From an uncultured Clostridia bacterium (GTDB lineage: Bacteria; Bacillota; Clostridia; UBA1381), in NCBI GenBank assembly GCA_934463455.1, contig CAKSJU010000001.1:1-62386 (forward strand): a stretch of 62,386 nt of DNA, written 5' to 3'. Position 1 is the first letter of the stretch. Each line of letters opens with the position of its first letter. The notes beneath the pieces were generated by a model. The model was given only the letters and a program-made list of their open reading frames with translations. It searched no databases and had not been told where the DNA came from. A program made the translations under genes and the position numbers. Of the stretch, positions 37,258 to 45,703 are shown piece by piece.

Positions 37258-37297
37258 AGAGTTTTAATTGTGAAACTTTAGTTTTACAATTAGCTGA
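37258..37297. repeat. AT-rich palindromic element, copy C
   Basis: AGAGTTTTAATTGTGAAAC-TTTA-GTTTTACAATTAGCTGA, upstream of fhs. It is identical to copy F over 40 nt. Confidence 0.9.
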
Positions 37298-37325
37298 ATT
37301 TAAAAATCACAAAGGAGGAATATTT

Positions 37326-38996
37326 GTGCTGACGGATATTGAAATAGCTCAAAATGCGAAAATGCTGCCGATTAAAGAGGTGGCGGAAAAAATAGGAATA
37401 GACGAGGAATATTTGGAATATTACGGAAAATATAAGGCGAAAATTTCTTCGGACTATATTAAAAAGACAAAAAATAGCAAAAACGGAAAGCTCATTTTGG
37501 TTACGGCAATAAATCCAACTCCGGCAGGAGAGGGAAAAACCACTACTACCGTAGGCTTGGGCGATGCTCTTTCGAGAATCGGGAAAAAGTGTGTGCTTGC
37601 TCTTCGTGAGCCTTCGCTCGGTCCTGTTATGGGAATTAAAGGCGGAGCTGCGGGAGGCGGCTACAGCCAGGTTGTTCCGATGGAGGATATTAACCTGCAC
37701 TTTACCGGTGACATGCACGCCATAACCGCGGCAAACAACTTGTTGTCCGCGATGATAGATAACCACATACATCAGGGCAATGAGCTTGATATAGATGTTT
37801 CGAATATTGTCTGGAAGAGAGTGCTTGATATGAATGACCGTGCTTTGAGGAGTACGGTGGTTGCACTTGGGGGAAAAATTAACGGAGTACCGAGAGAAGA
37901 CGGATTTATGATAACCGTCGCATCGGAAATAATGGCGATTTTGTGCCTTGCGGAGGATATTAATGATTTAAAGGCAAGGCTCGGAAATATTATTATCGGG
38001 TATAATCGTTCGGGACAGCCGGTTTTTGCGCGGGATTTGAAAGCAGACGGCGCGATGACGGCACTTTTGAAAGATGCGATAAAGCCTAACCTTGTACAAA
38101 CTCTTGAAAATACTCCATGCTTTGTACATGGCGGACCTTTTGCAAATATTGCACACGGCTGCAACAGTGTAACGGCAACAAAGCTTGCATTGAAAGCAGG
38201 CGATTACACGGTTACCGAAGCAGGCTTCGGAGCGGATTTGGGTGCGGAAAAATTTATGGACATTAAGTGTCGGTTTGCGGGACTTAAGCCGGATGCGGTG
38301 GTGATTGTAGCTACCGTAAGAGCACTTAAATATAACGGCGGGATAAGCAAAGCGGATTTGAAAACTCCCAATGTTGACGCTCTTTTAAAGGGACTTGTAA
38401 ATTTGGAAAAGCATATAGAAAATATGCAGAAATACGGTGTTGGTGTAGTTGTTGCGATTAACAGATTTGAAAGCGATTCGGAGGAAGAACTTGAAACCGT
38501 AATAAAAGCATGTGCTAAATATAATGTGGAATGTTCACTTTCGGAAGTGTTTGCAAAAGGCGGAGAGGGCGGAATTGACCTTGCCGAAAAGGTGCTTAAT
38601 AAAATCGAAGAGCAACCGTCATGCTATAAACCGCTTTATGATGAAAAGCTTCCGATAAAAGAAAAAATAAATAAAATCGTTACCGAAATATACGGAGGAG
38701 AAAAAGCGGTATATACAAAAAAAGCGGAAAAGGAAATCAAAAAACTCGAAGAGCTGGGACTTGATAAAATGCCGGTATGTATGGCAAAAACTCAGTACTC
38801 GCTTTCCGATGACCCTACGCTTTTGGGACGACCGGAGAATTTTACGGTCACGGTATCAAGAGTGAGAGTATCTAACGGAGCGGGATTTATTGTAGCGGAA
38901 ACAGGCGATATTATGGTAATGCCGGGTCTCCCGAAGGTTCCTGCGGCAACTAAAATCGATATTGATGAAAACGGCGTAATAAGCGGATTGTTCTAA
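37326..38996 (+). CDS. fhs: Formate--tetrahydrofolate ligase
   Basis: 556 aa, containing ..[20 protein letters not shown].. and ..[18 protein letters not shown]... GTG start after AAAGGAGG. Confidence 0.95.
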   Translation: MLTDIEIAQNAKMLPIKEVAEKIGIDEEYLEYYGKYKAKISSDYIKKTKNSKNGKLILVTAINPTPAGEGKTTTTVGLGDALSRIGKKCVLALREPSLGPVMGIKGGAAGGGYSQVVPMEDINLHFTGDMHAITAANNLLSAMIDNHIHQGNELDIDVSNIVWKRVLDMNDRALRSTVVALGGKINGVPREDGFMITVASEIMAILCLAEDINDLKARLGNIIIGYNRSGQPVFARDLKADGAMTALLKDAIKPNLVQTLENTPCFVHGGPFANIAHGCNSVTATKLALKAGDYTVTEAGFGADLGAEKFMDIKCRFAGLKPDAVVIVATVRALKYNGGISKADLKTPNVDALLKGLVNLEKHIENMQKYGVGVVVAINRFESDSEEELETVIKACAKYNVECSLSEVFAKGGEGGIDLAEKVLNKIEEQPSCYKPLYDEKLPIKEKINKIVTEIYGGEKAVYTKKAEKEIKKLEELGLDKMPVCMAKTQYSLSDDPTLLGRPENFTVTVSRVRVSNGAGFIVAETGDIMVMPGLPKVPAATKIDIDENGVISGLF

Positions 38997-39020
38997 TTTA
39001 TATCGGGAAAGGAAAAATGT

Positions 39021-39452
39021 ATGGAGTATCATTCCAACAGTCCGAAAGAGACTGAAAATATTGCGGCTGCTTTTGCGAAAAAGCTTACTGTCGGCGATGT
39101 TGTTACGCTTGACGGAGATTTGGGGGCAGGCAAAACCGCATTCACTCAAGGTCTTGCAAGGGGATTGGGTGCCGACGGTTATGTCAGCAGCCCTACGTTT
39201 ACCATAGTTAATTGTTACAGCGGCAGAGTGCCGATATATCATTTTGATGTCTACAGGATAGAAGACAGCGAGGAAATGTACGATATAGGTTTTGATGAAT
39301 ATGTCGGCGGTGACGGAATTGCGGTAATTGAATGGGCGGATAAAATTAAAGATATTCTTCCCGTGCCCAGATACCGCGTAATAATCGAAAAATGCCTTGA
39401 AAAGCACGATGATTACAGAACAATAACAATAGAAAGGATAGAAAACCAATGA
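39021..39452 (+). CDS. tsaE: tRNA t6A biosynthesis ATPase TsaE
   Basis: ..LDGDLGAGKTAFTQG..SPTFTIV..HFDVYR.. Confidence 0.9.
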   Translation: MEYHSNSPKETENIAAAFAKKLTVGDVVTLDGDLGAGKTAFTQGLARGLGADGYVSSPTFTIVNCYSGRVPIYHFDVYRIEDSEEMYDIGFDEYVGGDGIAVIEWADKIKDILPVPRYRVIIEKCLEKHDDYRTITIERIENQ

Positions 39453-40165
39453 ATATTTTAGCGGTGGATACCTCGGCAAATGTTGCGGCGGCAGCGCTTG
39501 TGAGCGGAGGAAAACTGCTTGCGGAAAGTATGCTTAACAATAAAACGACACATTCGGAAAAGCTTATGCCGATGATAGACTTTGTTTTAAAAAACAGCGG
39601 TATGGATATAACCGATATAGATTTGTTTGCGGTTGCGAACGGACCCGGCTCCTTTACCGGACTCAGAATAGGAGTTTCGACGGTGAAAGGGCTCGCACAC
39701 GCTGTAAATAAACCGATAGTGGGAATAAGCACGCTTGCGGGACTGGCGTACAATTTGTTTGAAACGGACGGCTTGATTTCGCCTATTATGGACGCAAGAC
39801 GTTCCCAGGTTTACAATGCGGTTTATAAATGGGAAAAAGGCGTCTTTAGAGAAATTGCGCCGCCGAGGGCAATTGCTCTTGACGATTGTATAAAAGAATT
39901 TGAAAACGAGAAAAAAGTATATTTTTTGGGTGACGGTGTACCGGTACACAAAGAAGCAATAAAAGAAAAAATGGGTGACAGAGCGGTTTTTGTGCCGGAG
40001 AACAATCTTAACCAGAGAGCGTCATCACTTGCTGTTCTTGCTGAGAAAAAGGCTGCCTTAAGCGAGACGGAGGATTATAACTCCCTTATGCCGTTTTATT
40101 TGAGAAAGCCTCAGGCAGAGAGGGAATATGAAGAAAAACATAACAGAAAGGAAACAGAAAAATGA
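39449..40165 (+). CDS. tsaB: tRNA t6A biosynthesis protein TsaB
   Basis: MNILAVDTS.. and ..GPGSFTGLRIG.., with an ATGA overlap with tsaE. Confidence 0.85.
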   Translation: MNILAVDTSANVAAAALVSGGKLLAESMLNNKTTHSEKLMPMIDFVLKNSGMDITDIDLFAVANGPGSFTGLRIGVSTVKGLAHAVNKPIVGISTLAGLAYNLFETDGLISPIMDARRSQVYNAVYKWEKGVFREIAPPRAIALDDCIKEFENEKKVYFLGDGVPVHKEAIKEKMGDRAVFVPENNLNQRASSLAVLAEKKAALSETEDYNSLMPFYLRKPQAEREYEEKHNRKETEK

Positions 40166-40596
40166 TAGTAATAGGAAGCGACCACGGCGGTTACGAATTG
40201 AAAACTTACATAATAAAGTATTTTGAGGAAAATAATATTGAATATAAGGATGTGGGATGCTACAGCGAAGATAGCGTTGATTATCCGGACATAGCCGAAA
40301 AGCTTTGCAAAGAAATAACAGGCGGCAATGCGGAAAGAGGAATACTTATTTGCGGAACAGGGATAGGAATATCGATTGCCGCAAATAAAATAAAGGGAAT
40401 AAGAGCTGCTGTTTGCACAGATGAATACTGCGCAAGGATGTGCAGACATCATAACAATGCAAATGTTCTTTGTCTCGGCGGAAGAGTTGTGGGCAGAGAA
40501 CTGGCTTTGTCAATTACCGAGACCTATCTTAACGGAGAATTTGAAGGAGGCAGACACCAAAACAGAATTGACAAAATTCATGCGCTGGAGAAATAA
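40162..40596 (+). CDS. rpiB: Ribose-5-phosphate isomerase B
   Basis: ..IGSDHGGYELK..ICGTGIGISIAANK.. Confidence 0.9.
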   Translation: MIVIGSDHGGYELKTYIIKYFEENNIEYKDVGCYSEDSVDYPDIAEKLCKEITGGNAERGILICGTGIGISIAANKIKGIRAAVCTDEYCARMCRHHNNANVLCLGGRVVGRELALSITETYLNGEFEGGRHQNRIDKIHALEK

Positions 40597-40608
40597 AAGG
40601 AGAAATAT

Positions 40609-41109
40609 ATGGATTCATTTGTGGAAATTATAGCAAATTCGCTGATGGGGATTTGCCCGCCGTATGTAATTGTTGCGATAATATCGATGATACCCGTTTT
40701 GGAACTGAGGGGAAGTATTCTTGTAGCACTTCCGATACTTCATACGCAAGTGCTGCTGACATATATTGTTGCGGTAATAGCGAATATGATTCCTATACCG
40801 TTTATAATATTCTTCATCGAAAAAATATTTGCATTTCTGAAGCGTTTTAAACATATAGGTAAGCTTATAATTAAGCTGGAAGAAAAAACTCTTGCAAAAA
40901 GCGACCAGATAAATAAATACGGTATTTGGGGCTTGTATTTGTTTGTTGCGATTCCTTTGCCGGGAACGGGAGCATGGACGGGAGCTTTGCTTTCGGTTTT
41001 GCTGGGAATAAAGCCTAAAAAAGCACTTCCCGCAATTTTTGCCGGTGTTGCCACGGCGGGAATTATTATGTCAATCGTAGGTTACGGATTGGGAATGTTT
41101 ACCGCATAA
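40609..41109 (+). CDS. Small membrane protein of the putative small multidrug export (COG2426-like) family
   Basis: 166 aa with 4-5 TM segments, containing ..PVLELRGSI.. and ..IPLPGTGAWTGAL... Confidence 0.55.
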   Translation: MDSFVEIIANSLMGICPPYVIVAIISMIPVLELRGSILVALPILHTQVLLTYIVAVIANMIPIPFIIFFIEKIFAFLKRFKHIGKLIIKLEEKTLAKSDQINKYGIWGLYLFVAIPLPGTGAWTGALLSVLLGIKPKKALPAIFAGVATAGIIMSIVGYGLGMFTA

Positions 41110-41140
41110 GATTGTACAACAAAAGTAAAAATGCACAAAA

Positions 41141-41181
41141 AAGTGATGATATATTCTTGCAATATGTCATCACTTTTTTTG
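41141..41181 (+). terminator. Intrinsic terminator
   Basis: AAGTGATGATATAT-tcttgca-ATATGTCATCACTT followed by T7. Confidence 0.75.
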
Positions 41182-41224
41182 ATTAAGAATATTGTTAGAG
41201 TGGTATATATTATATAAATATAAA

Positions 41225-41264
41225 TTTAGCTAATTGTAAAACTAAAGTTGCACAATTAACTAAA
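41225..41264. repeat. AT-rich palindromic element, copy D
   Basis: TTTAGCTAATTGTAAAAC-TAAA-GTTGCACAATTAACTAAA, upstream of the EF-G paralogue. Confidence 0.85.
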
Positions 41265-41290
41265 ATATAAATTAGTTTGGAGGATTGTTT

Positions 41291-43357
41291 ATGCGAGATT
41301 ATGCAATGGATACAATAAGAAATGTGGCTGTTATGGGACATGGTAAGTGCGGAAAAACTTCAATGGTTGAAGCTATGCTGTATAACAGCGGATGTATTGA
41401 CCGTATGGGTACTGTTGCCGAGGGAAATACCACAACAGACTATGATGCGGACGAAATAAAAAGACAATGTTCGATTTCAATGTCGCTGGCTCCGATTGAG
41501 TGGAAAGACATGAAATATAATATATTGGATACACCGGGATTTTTTGATTTTGCGGGTGAAGTAAAAGAGGGTATACGTGCGGCTGATTCGGCACTTATTG
41601 TACTTTCCGGGCGCAGCGGAGTTTCCGTCGGAACGGAGCAGGTTTTTAAATATGCAAAACAAAAGAATGTTCCGATAATGTTTTTTGTTAATAAAATTGA
41701 CGACCATCGTGCGGATTATCAGCGTACGCTTGAAGAAATGAAGCAAGTATTCGGCAAGGCTGTTACGCCTTTTGTGTATCCCATACGCGAAGGGGATGAG
41801 TTTAAAGGCTTTGTCGATATTGTTGATATGACCGCGCGCCGTTATGAGGGAAAAGACAGAGTTGATATTCCCGTTCCGGAGGGCATGGACGAGATTGTTG
41901 CGCCTCTCCGCGAGATGATTATGGAAGCTGTTGCCGAAACGGATGAGGCTTTGATGAACAAATATTTTAACGGAGAGGAATTCACTTTTGATGAAATAAA
42001 AAAGGCTATCCGAAAAGGTGTAAAGGACGGCAGTATATATCCTGTGTACTGTGGCTCGGGCGCGGAAAATATAGGTGTAAGAAGTCTTATGGACGGAATA
42101 GGCAAATATCTGCCGAATCCGAACGAGATTGCCGAAATTGCTCATGACGCAAAAACCGGAGAGCCTATAGAAGTTGTTCAGGACGCAGCCGATACCACGG
42201 CGGCAATAGTATTTAAAACCATAACCGACCCATATGTCGGAAAAATGTCTTTGTTCAGAGTATACTCGGGCAAAGTAAAGGCGGATTCGGTTTTGTATAA
42301 TCCAAATAAAGGCGTAAATGAAAAAATAGGTAAAATATTTATGCTCCGCGGAAAAAAACAAATTGACGCAAAAGAAATAAATGCCGGTGATATAGGCGTT
42401 GTTGCGAAGCTTGACGCTACAAAAACAGGCGATACCTTGTGCGATGAAAATAAAAATATTATTCTGAGCGGAATTGAATTTCCGTCACCGGTATTGTCGA
42501 TGGCAATTCTTCCACTTGCTAAAGGCGATGAAGAAAAGATAGTATCGGGACTTAATAAACTGACGGACGAGGACCCGACATTCAACATAAATCAAAACAG
42601 TGAAACAAAGCAAACCTTGATAAACGGACAGGGAGAGCAGCATATAGATGTTATAAGACAAAAACTGAAAGCAAAGTACGGCGTGGATATGAAGCTTGAA
42701 GAGCCTATAGTTCCTTACAGAGAAACAATACAGGCAAAGGTTAAAGCGGAGGGCAAGCACAAAAAGCAATCCGGCGGTCATGGTCAGTACGGGCATGTAT
42801 GGATTGAGTTTGAGCCGGGCAGCAATGAAAAAATGACCTTTGAAGAAAAGGTATTCGGCGGAAGCGTGCCGAAGAACTATTTCCCGGCTGTCGAAAAAGG
42901 CTTAAGGGAAGCATGCGAACACGGAGTTTTGGCGGGGTATCCGGTAGTTAATCTGAAAGCCACGCTTTTGGACGGCTCGTATCACCCGGTGGATTCTTCA
43001 GAAATGGCATTTAAAATGGCTGCGGCAATAGCATATAAAGAGGGATTGAAACAGGCAAAACCGGTACTTTTGGAGCCGATTGGATATTTGAAGGTTTATG
43101 TTCCGGAAAGCATAATGGGAGATATAATCGGAGATATAAACAAACGCAGAGGTCAGATAATGGGCATGGGAGAAAGCGAAAAAGAAGGACTTAACCTGGT
43201 TGAAGCGGAAGTCCCGATGTCTGAGATGTTTAAATATGCAACAGATTTAAGGTCGATGAGTCAGGGCAGAGGAATTTTCACCTTTGATTTTGCTCGTTAC
43301 GATAAAGCTCCCGAAGCGGTTGCGCAAAAGGTTATAGAGAGCAGGAAAGCTGAATAA
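41291..43357 (+). CDS. Elongation factor G paralogue with atypical P-loop
   Basis: About 688 aa. G1 is GHGKCGKTS (canonical EF-G has AHIDAGKTT). G3 DTPGFFDF, G4 NKID and the domain IV loop KKQSGGHGQYGHV are retained. Confidence 0.75.
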   Translation: MRDYAMDTIRNVAVMGHGKCGKTSMVEAMLYNSGCIDRMGTVAEGNTTTDYDADEIKRQCSISMSLAPIEWKDMKYNILDTPGFFDFAGEVKEGIRAADSALIVLSGRSGVSVGTEQVFKYAKQKNVPIMFFVNKIDDHRADYQRTLEEMKQVFGKAVTPFVYPIREGDEFKGFVDIVDMTARRYEGKDRVDIPVPEGMDEIVAPLREMIMEAVAETDEALMNKYFNGEEFTFDEIKKAIRKGVKDGSIYPVYCGSGAENIGVRSLMDGIGKYLPNPNEIAEIAHDAKTGEPIEVVQDAADTTAAIVFKTITDPYVGKMSLFRVYSGKVKADSVLYNPNKGVNEKIGKIFMLRGKKQIDAKEINAGDIGVVAKLDATKTGDTLCDENKNIILSGIEFPSPVLSMAILPLAKGDEEKIVSGLNKLTDEDPTFNINQNSETKQTLINGQGEQHIDVIRQKLKAKYGVDMKLEEPIVPYRETIQAKVKAEGKHKKQSGGHGQYGHVWIEFEPGSNEKMTFEEKVFGGSVPKNYFPAVEKGLREACEHGVLAGYPVVNLKATLLDGSYHPVDSSEMAFKMAAAIAYKEGLKQAKPVLLEPIGYLKVYVPESIMGDIIGDINKRRGQIMGMGESEKEGLNLVEAEVPMSEMFKYATDLRSMSQGRGIFTFDFARYDKAPEAVAQKVIESRKAE

Positions 43358-43363
43358 ATGAGA

Positions 43364-43441
43364 ATGTAAAAAAGTTCGGAACTTTTTTACAGCTTATAAA
43401 AAAATAGCGGTGTAATTCATTTTATACACCACTATTTTTTT
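43364..43441. repeat. 3'-intergenic repeat module, copy 4 (two hairpins)
   Basis: ATGTAAAAAAGTTCGGAACTTTTTTACA (12-bp stem), then ATAGCGGTGTAATTCATTTTATACACCACTAT + T7 after the EF-G paralogue. Confidence 0.7.
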
Positions 43442-43593
43442 ACTGTATAGGAAATTGCGTTTTTTGTGTCTGATATAACAGAATAATATTCTCCGTTTAA
43501 AAATGCTTGATATGTGTCGTCGTAATAAGCATTCATTTCTTTATACTTTTTATTGTTATCGCTAATTGTGAAAGCACCTATCAAAATACACAT
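43432..43593 (-). CDS. Small hypothetical ORF (53 aa) at the edge of the prophage remnant
   Basis: MCILIGAFTISDNNKKYKEMNAYYDDTYQAFLNGEYYSVISDTKNAISYTVKK. It is below the ORF-track cutoff and has a weak RBS. Confidence 0.25.
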   Translation of the reverse strand: MCILIGAFTISDNNKKYKEMNAYYDDTYQAFLNGEYYSVISDTKNAISYTVKK

Positions 43594-43610
43594 AAACACC
43601 GCCCAACACG

Positions 43611-44026
43611 CTATTTAACATACTCAATATGCTCGGAGGTCAGCTTTAACAGCTTTGATTTCACGATTGCCGCCGGGTAGGTATCACCGGCAATGACAAA
43701 ATCAGCGACAAAATCCCTTTTGACTTTAATGATAAACTTCTGTCCTTTAAGTGAAAGTTTGACATCACGGTGTAGTCGCGCGTTTTGTTTATTTTGAAAA
43801 CTGCCGTTACAAAAAATCTCCTTTCCTGAAATTAAAAAAGCACCGGGATTTTTTATCAATCCTGACGCTCTCGGTCTGTATTTTCTTTTAACGGTTTGAA
43901 CATTGCGCAGCCTGTTCCTTTGTGGCAATGAATGTACGGGCAAAACGGACTTTTATTATCGAGTAAATATGTGTCATAGCCCGTCTGACATTTGGGGCAT
44001 AGCTGCTCATTATTTTTCTGTTTCAT
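43611..44026 (-). pseudogene. Frameshifted zinc-ribbon phage-type gene
   Basis: ATG 44026 (RBS AAAGGAA) gives MKQKNNEQLCPKCQ...CPYIHCH... The overlapping out-of-frame ORF 43943-43611 continues the reading, consistent with a single gene broken by a frameshift near 43860-43940. Confidence 0.4.
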
Positions 44027-44343
44027 TTTCAAAATTCCTTTCAAAAATTTTGTAGTTGTATCTATCTGTTTTGAGGTAAAAAAATAGCTCCGATTTTTAA
44101 TATCGAAGCGTATTTTGAAAAGAAAAATATTTAATTTTTAGGTTAATACCGTTTATCGACTGTCTGAAACCCTTGATTTTACTGCGTTTTTCATTAAATT
44201 CCATAAGAACCCTCGCACCATACCTATATTATCCGAACTATTTATGTTCGCGATAATGTTAAACTCTGTGATAGATAATTATTGCAGAGTTTTTTTGTGT
44301 GCAGATGAAAAAAAGGCGGTTTAGTCCCGTCCTCAATTATTCA

Positions 44344-44890
44344 TTAATCATACAATCCCGCTCTATCATTTATGACGAGCTGCTTTAAGTCGCTGTCGGT
44401 CAAATGCAGACAGTTCTCATCGCCTTTTAATATTCCTTTATTATCGTATTTCGCCGTCATTGTCTATATATAAAAGCTCTGCGCCGTGACCGAATACCGA
44501 AATATCTTTACCAAGCTGTGTATTAATTGTCTGCTCTGCGCTGTCGGCGAATGTATTGTTCACAAATCCATATTCGCTTATTACGGCTTTTTTGAATTTA
44601 TCATACATAGCGTCCACATATTCTACAGGCTGCCCCGCTGCCTTTAAAGACTATGATTTCAGAATGTACATATTTGTGAATGTTTTATCTATTCCCATGG
44701 CAACAAACGCATGATTTGACTTGTTCCCGCCAAAGTCTACGCCGATATTTATGCATGTCAGCTTCGGCACATCCTCTTTTTTGATAATATACTTTTTCGG
44801 GTCGTTTGCAAACATCGGATATATAAGCCCCTCGGCAACACACCGTTCGCCTAAGATGTCGCGGCGATAAAACACACTTCCGACAGTATA
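44344..44890 (-). pseudogene. Remnant of a phage terminase large subunit (C-terminal nuclease part only)
   Basis: ..VFYRRDILGERCVAEGLIYP..INIGVDFGGNKSNHAFVAMGID.., then an in-frame TAG (44651-44653), then still-coherent ..AAGQPVEYVDAMYDKFKK..FADSAEQT.., then a further frameshift. The N-terminal ATPase half is absent. Confidence 0.6.
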
Positions 44891-45006
44891 TTTTATTTTA
44901 AAACTGATGTTTCTGTTACATTTTTTTGCAAATACAACAAATTTTATAAAATCACATAAATATTTATGTTTAAAATAACAAAAATTAAAAAATATATAAG
45001 AAAGTA

Positions 45007-45035
45007 TTGACAAAAACGATTAGTTATGCTAAACT
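45007..45035 (+). promoter_or_regulatory. feo operon promoter
   Basis: TTGACA (45007-45012), 17 nt, TAAACT (45030-45035). Confidence 0.6.
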
Positions 45036-45097
45036 AACTCATGAAAGTTAGCGAAAGCTAACTGTATATATTGTGTTTGGGTTAGCACAATCTAACC
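45021..45097. promoter_or_regulatory. Three DtxR/IdeR-like inverted repeats (candidate metalloregulator operators)
   Basis: TAGTTATGCTAAACTAACT (45021-45039, overlapping the -10), AGTTAGCGAAAGCTAACT (45046-45063) and GGTTAGCACAATCTAACC (45080-45097). All contain GTTAG-N-CTAAC, as in the DtxR consensus TTAGGTTAGCCTAACCTAA. Confidence 0.55.
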
Positions 45098-45115
45098 GGA
45101 ATGGAGGTCAGAAAA

Positions 45116-45328
45116 ATGATGCCGCTCAGCTTAGCGAATGTGGGAGAAAATAATATCATTAAAAAAATCGGCGGTTTGCCGGAGGTAAAAAAACATCTTG
45201 AAAATCTGGGATTTGTCGTTGGCGGAAATGTACAAGTTGTCAGCACACTCAGCGGAAATGTCATTGTAAATGTCAAGGAAGCGAGAGTTGCCATAAGTGA
45301 AGAAATGGCAAGAAAGATTTATATTTAA
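45116..45328 (+). CDS. feoA: FeoA-family protein (copy 1)
   Basis: 70 aa SH3-like FeoA (..LSLANVGENNIIKKIGG..LENLGFVVGGNVQVVS..). ATG 45116 is 8 nt after GGAGG. Confidence 0.8.
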   Translation: MMPLSLANVGENNIIKKIGGLPEVKKHLENLGFVVGGNVQVVSTLSGNVIVNVKEARVAISEEMARKIYI

Positions 45329-45387
45329 AAAGTTAAATAATGCTTCGAAAAATGCCGGGCGTTTGTCGGAGTATAAAAATTTATATC

Positions 45388-45416
45388 AGTTAATTGTAAA
45401 ATTTGCAATTAACTAA
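45388..45416. repeat. AT-rich palindromic element, copy E (centre-deleted variant)
   Basis: AGTTAATTGTAAAATTTGCAATTAACTAA, between feoA copy 1 and copy 2. Confidence 0.7.
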
Positions 45417-45446
45417 AAAAATCTATATTTATGGGAGGAAGAAAGA

Positions 45447-45668
45447 ATGACAACATTGAAAGAAGCTAAAATCGGCGATACCGTGACGGTTGTTAAGCTG
45501 CACGGAGAAGGTGCGGTAAAGCGGAGACTTATGGATATGGGTATAACAAAGGGCGTATTGGTATACATAAGAAAAGTTGCTCCGCTCGGCGATCCGGTTG
45601 AAGTTACGGTAAGAGGCTATGAGCTTTCTTTAAGAAGAGCAGATGCCGAAATGATAGAAGTACAATAA
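45447..45668 (+). CDS. feoA: FeoA-family protein (copy 2)
   Basis: 73 aa, containing ..LKEAKIGDTVTVVKL.GEGAVKRRLMDMGITKG.. Confidence 0.85.
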   Translation: MTTLKEAKIGDTVTVVKLHGEGAVKRRLMDMGITKGVLVYIRKVAPLGDPVEVTVRGYELSLRRADAEMIEVQ

Positions 45669-45703
45669 TTAATATTTTATAAGCGGGAAAGAGAGGAAGA
45701 AGT

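Noticed and set aside
37268-37289. Reading the palindrome core TTGTGAAAC-TTTA-GTTTTACAA as a Rex (TTGTGAA-N6-TTCACAA) or CRP/FNR-type operator.
   Set aside because: The half-site spacing is 2 bp longer than Rex, and the right half is TTTTACAA rather than TTCACAA. The conserved palindrome extends to 30-40 bp, and the downstream genes are not a redox regulon. I kept it as an unexplained element instead.
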